Source: a virus
Lineage: Duplodnaviria; Caudoviricetes
Length of the DNA: 29,852 nucleotides
Reading direction: 5' to 3' (one strand)
IMG/VR virus record: IMGVR_UViG_3300036783_000352
Coordinates: 1-29,852 of that record
Part shown: positions 17,045 through 26,756 of the stretch, piece after piece
How positions within the stretch are numbered: the stretch's first letter is position 1
Layout of the letters: the number at the start of each line of letters is the position of its first letter
Notes under the pieces: model-generated
Database searches by the model: none
The model's input: only the letters and a program-made list of their open reading frames with translations
Told to the model about the DNA's origin: nothing
Translations under genes and position numbers: made by a program

Positions 17045-17483
17045 TTTTAAGCCCTTTGAGGATAAGCTCGCCGGGCTTATTGCCAGTCTGTCACCTGCGG
17101 CGCGGCGTCGCATGGCGGCGGAAATAGCGAAGCGGATCAGGGCCTCGCAGCAAAGGCGGATTAAGCGCCAGCAGGCACCGGACGGCACACCGTATGCCGC
17201 CCGCAAACGCCAGCCGGTGAAAGCAAAAAAGGGCCGCTTAAAACGTGAAATGTTTGCGAAGCTGCGCACCAATCGCTACATGAAAGCCAAAGGCACCAAC
17301 GACGCGGCGGTCGTGGAATTTGCCGGGCGGGTGCAGCGCATGGCGCGGGTGCATCAGGAGGGCTTAAGGGATAAGCCGAACCGCTACGCCGACCCGGTGC
17401 AGTATGATGAGCGTCCGCTGCTGGGATTCAGCCAGGAGGATAAAAATATCATTGAGGAAATAGTGATTTCCCGTCTGTTGTAA
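17037..17483 (+). CDS. S: Tail completion / virion morphogenesis protein
   Basis: QQAPDGTPYAARK, MFAKLR, ARVHQEGL, RPLLG. Confidence 0.93.
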   Translation: MSDFKPFEDKLAGLIASLSPAARRRMAAEIAKRIRASQQRRIKRQQAPDGTPYAARKRQPVKAKKGRLKREMFAKLRTNRYMKAKGTNDAAVVEFAGRVQRMARVHQEGLRDKPNRYADPVQYDERPLLGFSQEDKNIIEEIVISRLL

Positions 17484-17488
17484 CCCGC

Positions 17489-17510
17489 TGTTGTGCTACC
17501 CCTCATAAAA
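17489..17510 (+). promoter_or_regulatory. Late promoter element upstream of V
   Basis: TGTTGTGCTA motif shared with the other late-operon leaders. Confidence 0.5.
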
Positions 17511-17556
17511 CGCTCATGCGTTGCCGCCCGTGGCCTCGGGCGGCATTCTTTCCACT

Positions 17557-18198
17557 ATGAATACTATCGCAAACATCCAGGAACTTGCGCGAGCGCTGCG
17601 CAACATTATCCGCACCGGCATCGTGACCGAAGTCGACACCGGGCGGGCGTTATGCCGTGTTGAAACGGGCGGGATTACGACCGACTGGCTCAACTGGCTG
17701 ACGGCCCGCGCCGGTCGCTCGCGCACATGGTGGGCTCCCTCTGTGGATGAGCAGGTTTTACTGCTGGCCGTGGGCGGTGAACTTGATACCGCTTTTGTCC
17801 TGCCGGGCATTTACTCCGATGATTCCCCCGCGCCGTCATCGTCAGCTGATGCGATGCACGTCTCTTTTCCCGACGGGGCCGTCATTGAGTACGAGCCAGA
17901 AACCAGCGCGCTAAAGGTGAGCGGCGTTAAAACCGCTGATGTCACCGCGTCGGAATCTGTCGTCGTGTCGGTGCCGGTGGTGACGGTCAAAGCCAGCCAG
18001 CAAATCACCCTGGATACCCCGGAAGTGGTCTGCACCAACAAGCTGACAACCGGCTCGCTGGAGGTTAAGCAGGGCGGCAAAATGACCGGCAATATTGAGC
18101 ATTCCGGCGGCGCGCTTACCTCCAACGGCGTTATTGTCCATTCACATAAGCATAGCGGGGTGCAAAGCGGCGGAAGTCAGACCGGGGGGCCAGTATGA
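17557..18198 (+). CDS. V: Baseplate spike protein
   Basis: NIIRTGIV, WWAPSVDEQV, FPDGAVIEY, HSHKHSG metal-binding tip. Confidence 0.95.
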   Translation: MNTIANIQELARALRNIIRTGIVTEVDTGRALCRVETGGITTDWLNWLTARAGRSRTWWAPSVDEQVLLLAVGGELDTAFVLPGIYSDDSPAPSSSADAMHVSFPDGAVIEYEPETSALKVSGVKTADVTASESVVVSVPVVTVKASQQITLDTPEVVCTNKLTTGSLEVKQGGKMTGNIEHSGGALTSNGVIVHSHKHSGVQSGGSQTGGPV

Positions 18199-18545
18199 CG
18201 GTGCGCTATCCCGGCATGAGCCGCGTTACCGGCCTGAGTCTGTCGGACGCGGAGCACATCAGTCAGAGTGTGCGCGATATTCTTATCACCCCAATCGGTT
18301 CCCGCGTCATGCGGCGAGATTACGGCTCGCTGCTGTCGGCGCTGATTGATATGCCTGATAACCCGGCGCTGCGCCTGCAAATTATGGCCGCGTGTTATAT
18401 GGCCATCCTCAAGTGGGAGCCGCGTATAAGACTGACGGCCATCAGCTTTGAAAGCACAAAAGCGGGCGAGCTGTATGTCGATATCACCGGCGCGCGTACC
18501 GACACCGGCGGCGCGTCATTTTCTCTAACCATTCCCCTGAGCTGA
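18195..18545 (+). CDS. W: Baseplate protein (gp25-like)
   Basis: HISQSVRDILITPIGSRVMRRDYGS, WEPRI. Confidence 0.95.
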   Translation: MTVRYPGMSRVTGLSLSDAEHISQSVRDILITPIGSRVMRRDYGSLLSALIDMPDNPALRLQIMAACYMAILKWEPRIRLTAISFESTKAGELYVDITGARTDTGGASFSLTIPLS

Positions 18546-18549
18546 GACT

Positions 18550-19458
18550 ATGGCAACCATTGACCTGAGCCAGCTACCCGCCCCGGACGTGGTCGAGGTG
18601 CTGGACTATGAAACCCTGCTGGCCGAGCGCAAAGCGACGCTGATTTCTCTTTACCCGGAGGATGAGCAGGACGCGATTGCGCGCACCCTGTCGCTTGAGT
18701 CCGAGCCCATCGTCAAGCTGCTGGAGGAAAACGCCTACCGTGAGTTAATCCTGCGTCAGCGGGTTAACGAGTCGGCGCTGGCCGTCATGCTGGCCTATTC
18801 CTCCGGCAACGACCTTGACGTCCTCGGCGCGAATAACAACGTAGCGCGGCTGGTTATTACGCCTGGCGACGATACCGCCATTCCGCCGGTGGCGGCGGTG
18901 ATGGAGTCTGACGGTGATTTTCGCCTGCGTATTCAGCAGTCGTTTGAGGGGCTGAGCGTGGCCGGGCCGGTCGGGGCTTATCAGTTTCATGGCCGCAGCG
19001 CTGACGGGCGCGTCGCGGATATTGCGGTCGAGAGCCCGTCGCCTGCCTGCGTGACCATTTCTGTGTTATCGCGTGAGGGCGACGGTACCGCCAGCGAGGA
19101 GCTTATCGGCATTGTTGATAAGGCGCTGAACGCGGAGGACGTGCGGCCTGTTGCTGACCGGGTGACGGTGCAGACAGCCGAAATTGTGCCTTACCAGATT
19201 GACGCGGTGCTGCATCTTTATCCGGGCCCGGAAGCTGAGCCAATTCAGCAGGCGGCTGAGCAGAAGTTACAGGCATACATTGCCACGCAGCACCGGCTCG
19301 GGCGCGATATTCGTCTCTCTGCCATCTATGCCGCGCTGCATGTTGAGGGGGTGCAGCGCGTGGAGCTGGCGAGCCCGGCGGCTGACATTGTTATCGCCAC
19401 CAGTCAGGCGGCGAGCTGCACCGGTTATGACCTGAGCGTCGGGGCGTCGGATGAGTAG
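18550..19458 (+). CDS. J: Baseplate wedge protein
   Basis: IDLSQLPAPDVVE, LSVAGPVGAYQFH, VRPVADR. Confidence 0.95.
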   Translation: MATIDLSQLPAPDVVEVLDYETLLAERKATLISLYPEDEQDAIARTLSLESEPIVKLLEENAYRELILRQRVNESALAVMLAYSSGNDLDVLGANNNVARLVITPGDDTAIPPVAAVMESDGDFRLRIQQSFEGLSVAGPVGAYQFHGRSADGRVADIAVESPSPACVTISVLSREGDGTASEELIGIVDKALNAEDVRPVADRVTVQTAEIVPYQIDAVLHLYPGPEAEPIQQAAEQKLQAYIATQHRLGRDIRLSAIYAALHVEGVQRVELASPAADIVIATSQAASCTGYDLSVGASDE

Positions 19459-20062
19459 CGTCCGGCTTTTGCCGGTTGGTTCATCCCCACTGGAGGTTGC
19501 GGCCGCGCAGGCGATGGCGGAAATAAGACGTGTCCCGGTGCCGCTGCGGATGCTGTGGAACTGGCGCACCTGCCCGCTGGCGTTGCTGCCTTATCTGGCC
19601 TGGGCGCTTTCGGTTGACCGCTGGGATGAGGGCTGGCCGGAGGCAACCAAGCGCAGCGTTGTCGCGGCGGCGCACTTTGTACACCGGCATAAAGGCACCA
19701 TCAGCGCGCTGCGGCGCGTTGTTGAGCCGCTGGGGTATCTCATTGAGGTGCGCGAGTGGTGGGAGCTTAACGAAGAGCCCGGCACGTTTCGCCTGGTCGT
19801 CGGTGTGCTGGATACCGGAATTACCGATGAAATGTATCAGGAGCTGGAGCGCCTGATTGCTGACGCAAAACCGGCGAGCCGTCACCTGACGGGGCTTGCT
19901 ATCAGCCTGAGCGCCGACGGCGAGTTTTATACCGGGGCGGGGTGCTACGAGGGTGACGCCCTGACCGTTTACCCCTGGACGCCGGAGGAAATCACCGTTG
20001 GCGGAGATTATTACCCCGCCTCGGCCATCCATTTAATTGATAACCTGAGAGTGAACGCATGA
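19451..20062 (+). CDS. I: Baseplate/tail protein I
   Basis: LLPYLAWALSVDRWD, HRHKGT, AKPASRHL. Confidence 0.95.
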   Translation: MSSVRLLPVGSSPLEVAAAQAMAEIRRVPVPLRMLWNWRTCPLALLPYLAWALSVDRWDEGWPEATKRSVVAAAHFVHRHKGTISALRRVVEPLGYLIEVREWWELNEEPGTFRLVVGVLDTGITDEMYQELERLIADAKPASRHLTGLAISLSADGEFYTGAGCYEGDALTVYPWTPEEITVGGDYYPASAIHLIDNLRVNA

Positions 20063-21009
20063 CCGCGAAATTCTTTGCCATTCTGACTAATCAGGGTGCT
20101 GCCCGCCTGGCTAATGCCGCGGCGCTTGGCATAAAACTGAACCTTTCCGAGCTGGCCGTAGGTGACGGGGGCGGAGTGCTTCCCATGCCTGATGCCGCCC
20201 AGACTGCATTGTTGGGTGAACAACGCCGCGCTCCGCTGAATATGCTGAGTGTTGATCCAACCAATACCAGCCAGATTATCGCCGAGCAGATTATCCCGGA
20301 AAACGAGGGCGGTTTCTGGATACGTGAAATTGGGCTGTATGACGATGACGGCGTGTTAATTGCCGTGGCGAACTGCCCGGAAACCTACAAACCGAAACTC
20401 CAGGAGGGGAGCGGGCGCACACAAACCATTCGCATGGTGTTGATTGTGTCGAGCACCGAGGCGGTAACGCTGAAAATCGACCCGGCGGTCGTGCTGGCAA
20501 CGCGCCAGTATGTCGATGATAAGGTTATCGAGGTGAAAACCTATGCCGATAATCTGATGAATGAGCATATCAAAGCAGCTCATCCGCATAAACAGTACCC
20601 TTTGATTGCAAACGCCCTTAAGGAAATAGCAGACGCCGGGCTTGTTTCAGAGGTTCTCGAAAACCTTCAATTGAAAGAAGCAGCAAAACGGGAGGTAGGG
20701 ACGGGTGCAAATCAGATCCCTGATATGAATGCATTTCCGTACGGTTCTCAGTGGTTTCAATTGCCGAGTGGCCATATAGTGCAAATGTTTCAGATGACAG
20801 TAAACGGTGCGGATGTAGGCGGGACATCAGGAAACTATCCTATCGTTTTTCCGTCTGCCATATTAGCAGCCACCGCCATTTGGTCAGATGGAACAACCTC
20901 ACCAGCACCAACATATAAGATGATGGGAACCGATCGAGCGAAAGTCACCTTGAAAGTTTCTTTGAATGCCGGTTCTTTCGGGACAATGATTATGGCAGTG
21001 GGGCGATAA
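20059..21009 (+). CDS. H: Tail fibre protein (short, 316 aa)
   Basis: P2 gpH N-terminus (GGFWIREIGL, KIDPAVVLATR, HPHKQY) plus a divergent C-terminal domain. Confidence 0.92.
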   Translation: MTAKFFAILTNQGAARLANAAALGIKLNLSELAVGDGGGVLPMPDAAQTALLGEQRRAPLNMLSVDPTNTSQIIAEQIIPENEGGFWIREIGLYDDDGVLIAVANCPETYKPKLQEGSGRTQTIRMVLIVSSTEAVTLKIDPAVVLATRQYVDDKVIEVKTYADNLMNEHIKAAHPHKQYPLIANALKEIADAGLVSEVLENLQLKEAAKREVGTGANQIPDMNAFPYGSQWFQLPSGHIVQMFQMTVNGADVGGTSGNYPIVFPSAILAATAIWSDGTTSPAPTYKMMGTDRAKVTLKVSLNAGSFGTMIMAVGR

Positions 21010-21010
21010 T

Positions 21011-21445
21011 ATGAATCAATATATTTATTCTCTTTCAGAAAATGCTTTTTATGCTGTTGCGTTAAAAAATACATATGAACTGAGTGGCACATGGCCTACT
21101 GATGCTGTTGAGATTAGTGATTCTATATTTAATGAATTTACAGGAGCGGCCCCGATCGGGAAAACAAGGGTTGCTGGCAGTGATGGTTACCCGACATGGG
21201 CCGATAAACCTGAACCAACGCATGAAGAACTTGTCGCTGCTGCCGACGCAGAGAAGCAGGAACGAATCGGCAAGGCAAATGATTACATGAGCAGTAAGCA
21301 ATGGCCCGGCAAAGCTGCGTTGGGGCGACTAAAAGGCGACGAACTTGAGCGATACGGGCTGTGGCTTGATTATCTGGATGCGCTGGAAGCTGTTGATACA
21401 TCCAGCGCACCAGGCATCAACTGGCCCGCCGCGCCCGAACAGTAA
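21011..21445 (+). CDS. G: Tail fibre assembly chaperone
   Basis: WPTDAVEI, WLDYLDALEAVDTSSAPGINWP (Tfa-like). Confidence 0.9.
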   Translation: MNQYIYSLSENAFYAVALKNTYELSGTWPTDAVEISDSIFNEFTGAAPIGKTRVAGSDGYPTWADKPEPTHEELVAAADAEKQERIGKANDYMSSKQWPGKAALGRLKGDELERYGLWLDYLDALEAVDTSSAPGINWPAAPEQ

Positions 21446-21450
21446 ACCCC

Positions 21451-21480
21451 GACGCCCTCGTATCGAGGGCGTTTTCTTTC
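21451..21480 (+). terminator. Intrinsic terminator of the V-G operon
   Basis: GACGCCCTCG-TAT-CGAGGGCGTT then TTCTTT. Confidence 0.85.
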
Positions 21481-21481
21481 G

Positions 21482-21503
21482 TGTTGTACCAGCTCCCTCC
21501 CAT
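21482..21503 (+). promoter_or_regulatory. Late promoter element upstream of FI
   Basis: TGTTGTACCA motif shared with the other late-operon leaders. Confidence 0.5.
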
Positions 21504-21574
21504 CCCCGATTGCTGTCCCGCCATCCCTGCAACCGCGAAAATAAACTCCCCTGAATACCTACGGAGTAATGCGA

Positions 21575-22762
21575 ATGGGTGATTTTCACCACGGCGTACA
21601 GGTCATTGAAATTAACGACGGTACGCGCACGATTTCTACGGTCTCGACGGCCATCATCGGGATGGTCTGCACGGCCAGCGATGCCGACGCCGAGACCTTT
21701 CCCCTTAATGAGCCGGTATTAATTACCAGCGTACAAACCGCCATCGGCAAAGCCGGGACAAAAGGCACTTTGGCGACCTCATTGCAGGCTATTGCTGACC
21801 AGTGCAAGCCGGTCGTGGTGGTGGTGCGCGTGGCCGAAAGTACAAATGACGACGAGGCGGCCGCACAGGCCGAGACGATTTCCAATATCATCGGCGGCAC
21901 GGATGAAAACGGCAAATACACCGGACTGAAAGCGTTGCTGACTGCCGAAAGCGTGACGGGTGTTAAGCCGCGGATTCTCGGCGTGCCGGGGCTGGACTCG
22001 CAGGAGGTGGCGGTCGCGCTGGCCTCGGTGTGCGTCAGCCTGCGCGCCTTTGGCTATGTCAGCGCGTGGGAGTGCAAAACACTCTCTGATGCCATCAAGT
22101 ACCGCGACAATTTCAGCCAGCGCGAGCTGATGCTTATCTGGCCTGATTTTGTGGCATGGGATACCACGGCCAGCGCCAGCGCGACGGCATACGCCACCGC
22201 TCGCGCCCTCGGCCTGCGGGCATACATCGACCAGACTGTCGGCTGGCATAAAACCCTGTCAAACGTCGGTGTGCAGGGTGTCACCGGCATCAGTAAATCC
22301 GTGTTCTGGGATTTGCAGGCATCCGGCACCGATGCCGACCTGCTCAACGAGGCCGGGGTCACCACGCTTGTTCGTAAGGACGGTTTTCGTTTCTGGGGAA
22401 ACCGTACCTGCTCGGACGATCCATTATTCATTTTTGAGAACTACACCCGCACCGCGCATATTCTGGCTGACACGATGGCCGAGGCGCACATGTGGGCGGT
22501 TGACAAACCGATTACGCCGGTGCTTATCCGCGACATTATCGACGGTATCAAGGCCAAAATCCGCGAGCTGGTTGCTAACGGCTATCTCGCCGGGGGTGAC
22601 TGCTGGCTCGATGAGTCGGCCAACGGCCAGGAGCTGCTGAAAGCCGGAAAGCTGGCGATTGATTATGACTTTACCCCCATTCCACCGCTGGAAAGCCTGA
22701 CTTTCCGCCAGCGCATCACCGGCCAGTATCTGGCGAATCTGGTTTCTCAGGCCAACGGCTAA
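21575..22762 (+). CDS. FI: Tail sheath protein
   Basis: DFHHGVQVIEINDGTR, KPRILGVPG, GFRFWGNRTC. Confidence 0.96.
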   Translation: MGDFHHGVQVIEINDGTRTISTVSTAIIGMVCTASDADAETFPLNEPVLITSVQTAIGKAGTKGTLATSLQAIADQCKPVVVVVRVAESTNDDEAAAQAETISNIIGGTDENGKYTGLKALLTAESVTGVKPRILGVPGLDSQEVAVALASVCVSLRAFGYVSAWECKTLSDAIKYRDNFSQRELMLIWPDFVAWDTTASASATAYATARALGLRAYIDQTVGWHKTLSNVGVQGVTGISKSVFWDLQASGTDADLLNEAGVTTLVRKDGFRFWGNRTCSDDPLFIFENYTRTAHILADTMAEAHMWAVDKPITPVLIRDIIDGIKAKIRELVANGYLAGGDCWLDESANGQELLKAGKLAIDYDFTPIPPLESLTFRQRITGQYLANLVSQANG

Positions 22763-22775
22763 GGAGCACTGAAAA

Positions 22776-23297
22776 ATGGCAATGCCACGCAAGCTTAAGG
22801 GCTTAAATATGTTTAACGACGGGCTCAGTTATCTGGGTGTCGTCTCTGCCGTCACGCTGCCGAAACTCACCCGCAAACTGGAGAACTATCGCGGCGGCGG
22901 GATGAACGGTGCCGCCCCGGTGGATTTTGGCCTCGACGATGACGCGCTGACGTTTGACTGGACAATCGGCGGCTTTCCTGACGAAACCCTGTGGGCGCAG
23001 TACGCCTTGCCGGGTGCATCTGCCGTGCCGCTGCGTTTTGTGGGCTCATACCAGCGTGACGACACCGAGGAGGAAATTCCGGTGGAGATTGTTGTCCGTG
23101 GGCGCCACAAAGAGTTTGACGGCGGTGACAGCAAGCAGGGTGAGGACACCGAGACAAAAATCAGCACCGTTTGCACGTACTACAAGCTGACTATGAACGG
23201 TAAGGAGCTGATTGAAATCGACACTATCAACATGATTGAGAAGGTGAACGGTGTCGACCGGCTGGAGCAGCGCCGCAAAAACCTCGGCGTCGTGTAA
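22776..23297 (+). CDS. FII: Tail tube protein
   Basis: MAMPRKLK, YRGGGMNG, IEIDTINMIEKVNGVD. Confidence 0.96.
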   Translation: MAMPRKLKGLNMFNDGLSYLGVVSAVTLPKLTRKLENYRGGGMNGAAPVDFGLDDDALTFDWTIGGFPDETLWAQYALPGASAVPLRFVGSYQRDDTEEEIPVEIVVRGRHKEFDGGDSKQGEDTETKISTVCTYYKLTMNGKELIEIDTINMIEKVNGVDRLEQRRKNLGVV

Positions 23298-23361
23298 TTA
23301 ACTGACCGGTCAGGCATACCCTGGCCGGTATTTCCTGAATAAATTCCCGGAGTAAAAAACC

Positions 23362-23670
23362 ATGAGCAAAGCAAAAGCTAAAATTGCTGAAACGACCACT
23401 AACCCGAATCTCATCACCCTGGACACGCCGATTAAACGCGGCGATGAGGTGATTAAATCCATCACTCTGACGAAGCCGACGGCGGGCACCCTGCGCGGCG
23501 TCAGCCTGGCCGACGTGGCAAGCTCGGACGTGAACGCGCTGATTAAAGTGCTGCCGCGCATGACGTATCCGGCGCTGACCGAGGCGGAAATTACCCGTAT
23601 GGAATTGCCGGATATGATGAGCATTGCCGCGAAGGTAATTGGTTTTTTGGCACCGAATGCGGGGGCTTAA
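23362..23670 (+). CDS. E: Tail assembly chaperone E
   Basis: LDTPIKRG, KPTAGTLRGVSL, VLPRMT. Confidence 0.93.
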   Translation: MSKAKAKIAETTTNPNLITLDTPIKRGDEVIKSITLTKPTAGTLRGVSLADVASSDVNALIKVLPRMTYPALTEAEITRMELPDMMSIAAKVIGFLAPNAGA

Positions 23671-23822
23671 CGTTTCCGCCGGGGTTAATGGTTGATGACC
23701 TGATGGCGGATATCGCGGTGATTTTCCACTGGCCGCCATCAGAGCTTTATCCCATGAGCCTGACCCAGCTCATTATATGGCGCGAAAAGGCGCTCCAGCG
23801 TAGCGGGAACTCAAATGAGTAA
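23362..23822 (+). CDS. E': E+E' product of a programmed -1 frameshift
   Basis: Slippery TTTTTTG at 23643-23649; the -1 frame reads ...VDDLMADIAVIFHWPPSELYPMSL...WREKALQRSG to TAA 23820-23822. Confidence 0.9.
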
Positions 23823-26262
23823 TAACGTAAGAATCGACGTGCTGCTTAAGGCCGTGGACCAGGCGACCCGACCGTTTAAAGCCATCCAGACAGCGAGCAA
23901 ATCGCTGTCGGGTGATATGCGCGACACGCAGAAAACCCTCAAGGAATTAAACGGCCAGGCCTCACGCATTGAGGGCTTTCGTAAAACGAGCGGCCAGCTC
24001 GCCGTCACCGGCCAGTCACTGAAAAAGGCGAAAGCCGAAGCCGAAGCGCTCGCCGCGCAGTTGACCAGCACCGAGCGTCCGACCCGCGCCCAGGCGAAAG
24101 CGCTCGCGACGGCAAAGGCGGCGGCGGAAGGGTTGCAGACGAAATATAACAGCCTAACCGAGTCCGTTAAGCGCCAGCAGCGCGAACTCGGGCAGGCGGG
24201 TATCAATACCCGAAACCTCACCCGTGACGAGCAGAGCCTGAAGGGGCGCATCAGCGAGACGACGAACCAGCTCAACCGGCAAAAGCTGGCGCTGGAGCAG
24301 GTCAGCGCTAAGCAGGCGAAACTTAATAGCGTTAAAGCCCGATATGAAGCCGGGCAAAAACTCGCCTCGGGGGTACGCAATGCGGGTATGGCGGGCGTTG
24401 GTGTTGCAACCGCGGGGCTTTATGGAGCCTCGCGCTTTATTGCGCCGGGTATTGGTTTTGATAAACAAATGTCCGGCACCCAGGCGATTCTGGGCCTTGG
24501 CAAGGATGACGACAAACTCGCTCTGATACGTAAGCAGGCGCGAGATATTGGGGCCGTCACAGCATTCTCGCCTGGTGATGTGGCGCGTACGCAAACGACG
24601 CTTGCGCGGTCAGGTTATAAGTCTGATGACGTGCTGGCCGCAACGGGGTCGACGGTTAATTTAAGTCTCGCCGCAGGCGTGGATATTGCCGAGGCGGCTG
24701 ACATTATCACTAATATGCAGTCGGCATTTAATTTACCCACAACCCAAATTCAGCGTGTTGCAGACGTGATGACTAAAGGTTTTACGTCATCTAATACGGG
24801 CCTTATTGAGCTGGGCGAGGCAATGAAGTATGCCGCCCCGATTGCTGAGGCGGCGGGGGCGAGTATTGAAGACACAACCGCGCTGCTGGGGATTCTGGCA
24901 GATAACGGTATCAAGGGGTCAATGGCTGGTACGGGGGCCAGCGCTATTTTCAGTCGCCTGCAAGCTCCGAGGGGTCAGGCTCCTGCCGCGCTGGATGAGC
25001 TCGGCGTGAAGACCCGCGACAGGAAAGGTAACATGTTGCCGGTCAACGGTATTCTTAACGCGATTAACACGTCGTTTAAGAGAAATAAGCTTGGGACTGC
25101 GCAGCAGGCCGAATATCTGAAAGTTATTTTTGGTGAAGAGGCGATGAAAGGCGCGGTTAAGCTGGTTGCCGCTGCCGGTAATGGTTCACTGAATAATAAA
25201 CGTGATGAGATTAAAAACTCGCTAGGTACAACGGAGCTTATTGCCAAAATACAGACGGATAATCTTGATGGTGATTTAAAAAATCTTCAGTCAGCATGGG
25301 AAGATGTGCAAATCGAGGTATTCGAAAAAGAAGATTCCTCTCTCCGTAAACTCACCACATCGGCGACGGAATGGCTTGGTACTGTGGGTAAATGGACAAA
25401 GGCCAATCCTGAATTAACGAAAACCTTGTTTACCGTCGTAACGGGTGCCCTGGCGTTTATTGGGGTTATCGGGGGTATTGGGCTTATTGCGTGGCCGGTT
25501 GTGGCCGGGGTGAATGCCATCATTGCCGCTGCCGGAATGCTGGGGACGGTCTTTAGCGTGGCCGGTAGCGCCATTATGACAGTTATCGGCGGCCTGACGT
25601 GGCCGATTGTGGCGGTCGGGGTGGCTATCGTGGCCGGGGCGCTTCTGATCCGGAAATACTGGCAACCCATCAGCGCCTTTTTCGGCGGTGTCGTTGAGGG
25701 GCTGCAAGAGGCGTTTGCGCCGGTGTCCGAACTGTTTTCCCCGTTGAGGCCTGTTTTTGAATGGCTGGGGCAGAAACTCCAGGATGCATGGCAATGGTTC
25801 AAAAATCTGATTGAGCCGGTGAAATCCAGCAAGGAAAGCCTCGATAGCTGCAAAAACGCCGGGGTCGCGTTCGGGCAGGCCATAGCCGGTGCGTTTCGCA
25901 TGGCTATGGCTCCGTTTAAGGCGCTGCGTGACGGTATCGACTGGATACTCGAAAAGCTCGGGCTGATTAATCAGCAGTCGGGCCAGCTCGACGAGCAGGC
26001 AGACAAAGTAAACGCCAGGGCAAGCGGTGCGGGTGGGATTTCCCCGTCGGGCGGTGTGCTGACCGGCGGATACGGGGCTTATCAGCCTGTGAAACCCGTT
26101 GCCGGCAAGACGTTCATCGACCAGAGCACGCCGCAGTACCACATCGCTATCGGTGGTGGTGTGCAGAACGGCGGCGAACTGGAGCGCCAGCTGCGCGACG
26201 GCCTGGATAAATACGAACGCGAGAAGCGGGCAAAACAGCGCGCCAGCATGATGCACGATTAG
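23815..26262 (+). CDS. T: Tail tape measure protein
   Basis: 815 aa, Ala-rich; LKAVDQATRPF N-terminus, LADNGIKGSMAGT core, DNLDGDL. Confidence 0.95.
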   Translation: MSNNVRIDVLLKAVDQATRPFKAIQTASKSLSGDMRDTQKTLKELNGQASRIEGFRKTSGQLAVTGQSLKKAKAEAEALAAQLTSTERPTRAQAKALATAKAAAEGLQTKYNSLTESVKRQQRELGQAGINTRNLTRDEQSLKGRISETTNQLNRQKLALEQVSAKQAKLNSVKARYEAGQKLASGVRNAGMAGVGVATAGLYGASRFIAPGIGFDKQMSGTQAILGLGKDDDKLALIRKQARDIGAVTAFSPGDVARTQTTLARSGYKSDDVLAATGSTVNLSLAAGVDIAEAADIITNMQSAFNLPTTQIQRVADVMTKGFTSSNTGLIELGEAMKYAAPIAEAAGASIEDTTALLGILADNGIKGSMAGTGASAIFSRLQAPRGQAPAALDELGVKTRDRKGNMLPVNGILNAINTSFKRNKLGTAQQAEYLKVIFGEEAMKGAVKLVAAAGNGSLNNKRDEIKNSLGTTELIAKIQTDNLDGDLKNLQSAWEDVQIEVFEKEDSSLRKLTTSATEWLGTVGKWTKANPELTKTLFTVVTGALAFIGVIGGIGLIAWPVVAGVNAIIAAAGMLGTVFSVAGSAIMTVIGGLTWPIVAVGVAIVAGALLIRKYWQPISAFFGGVVEGLQEAFAPVSELFSPLRPVFEWLGQKLQDAWQWFKNLIEPVKSSKESLDSCKNAGVAFGQAIAGAFRMAMAPFKALRDGIDWILEKLGLINQQSGQLDEQADKVNARASGAGGISPSGGVLTGGYGAYQPVKPVAGKTFIDQSTPQYHIAIGGGVQNGGELERQLRDGLDKYEREKRAKQRASMMHD

Positions 26263-26273
26263 GAGATACAACC

Positions 26274-26756
26274 ATGATGCTTGCCCTCGGTATGTTTGTT
26301 TTTCAGTTGCAGACCCTGCCGTATCAGAACCTGCAACGAAATGTTGATTATCGCTGGCCGTCAAACAGTCGCGTCGGGCAGCGCCCGGCGGTGCAGTTTC
26401 TCGGCGTTAACGAGGAAAAAATCACCCTGAGTGGAAGCCTGATGCCGGAGATTACCGGCGGAAAGCTGTCATTGCTGGCCGTAAACCTGATGGCTGACGA
26501 GGGGCGGGCATGGCCGTTGCTCGATGGCAGCGGCACGATTTACGGCATGTTTGTTATCAACTCGGTGAGCGAAACCTACAGCGAGTTTTTCGCAGACGGC
26601 ACGGCGCGCAAAATTGATTTTAACGTGAGCCTCACGCGGGTGGATGAATCCCTTGCGGCCATGTTCGGTGATTTAAAAAGCCAGGCTGACAGCCTAATCG
26701 GCAGCGCAGGCGAGATGGCCGGGAAGGTGCAAAGTGGTATCGGAGGACTGTTTTAA
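26274..26756 (+). CDS. U: Tail protein U
   Basis: MMLALGMFVF, QFLG, PEITGG, ARKIDF. Confidence 0.94.
   Translation: MMLALGMFVFQLQTLPYQNLQRNVDYRWPSNSRVGQRPAVQFLGVNEEKITLSGSLMPEITGGKLSLLAVNLMADEGRAWPLLDGSGTIYGMFVINSVSETYSEFFADGTARKIDFNVSLTRVDESLAAMFGDLKSQADSLIGSAGEMAGKVQSGIGGLF

Noticed and set aside
17484-17556. Moron slots S-V and G-FI (21446-21574)
   Set aside because: Both are short and contain only terminator or late-promoter elements
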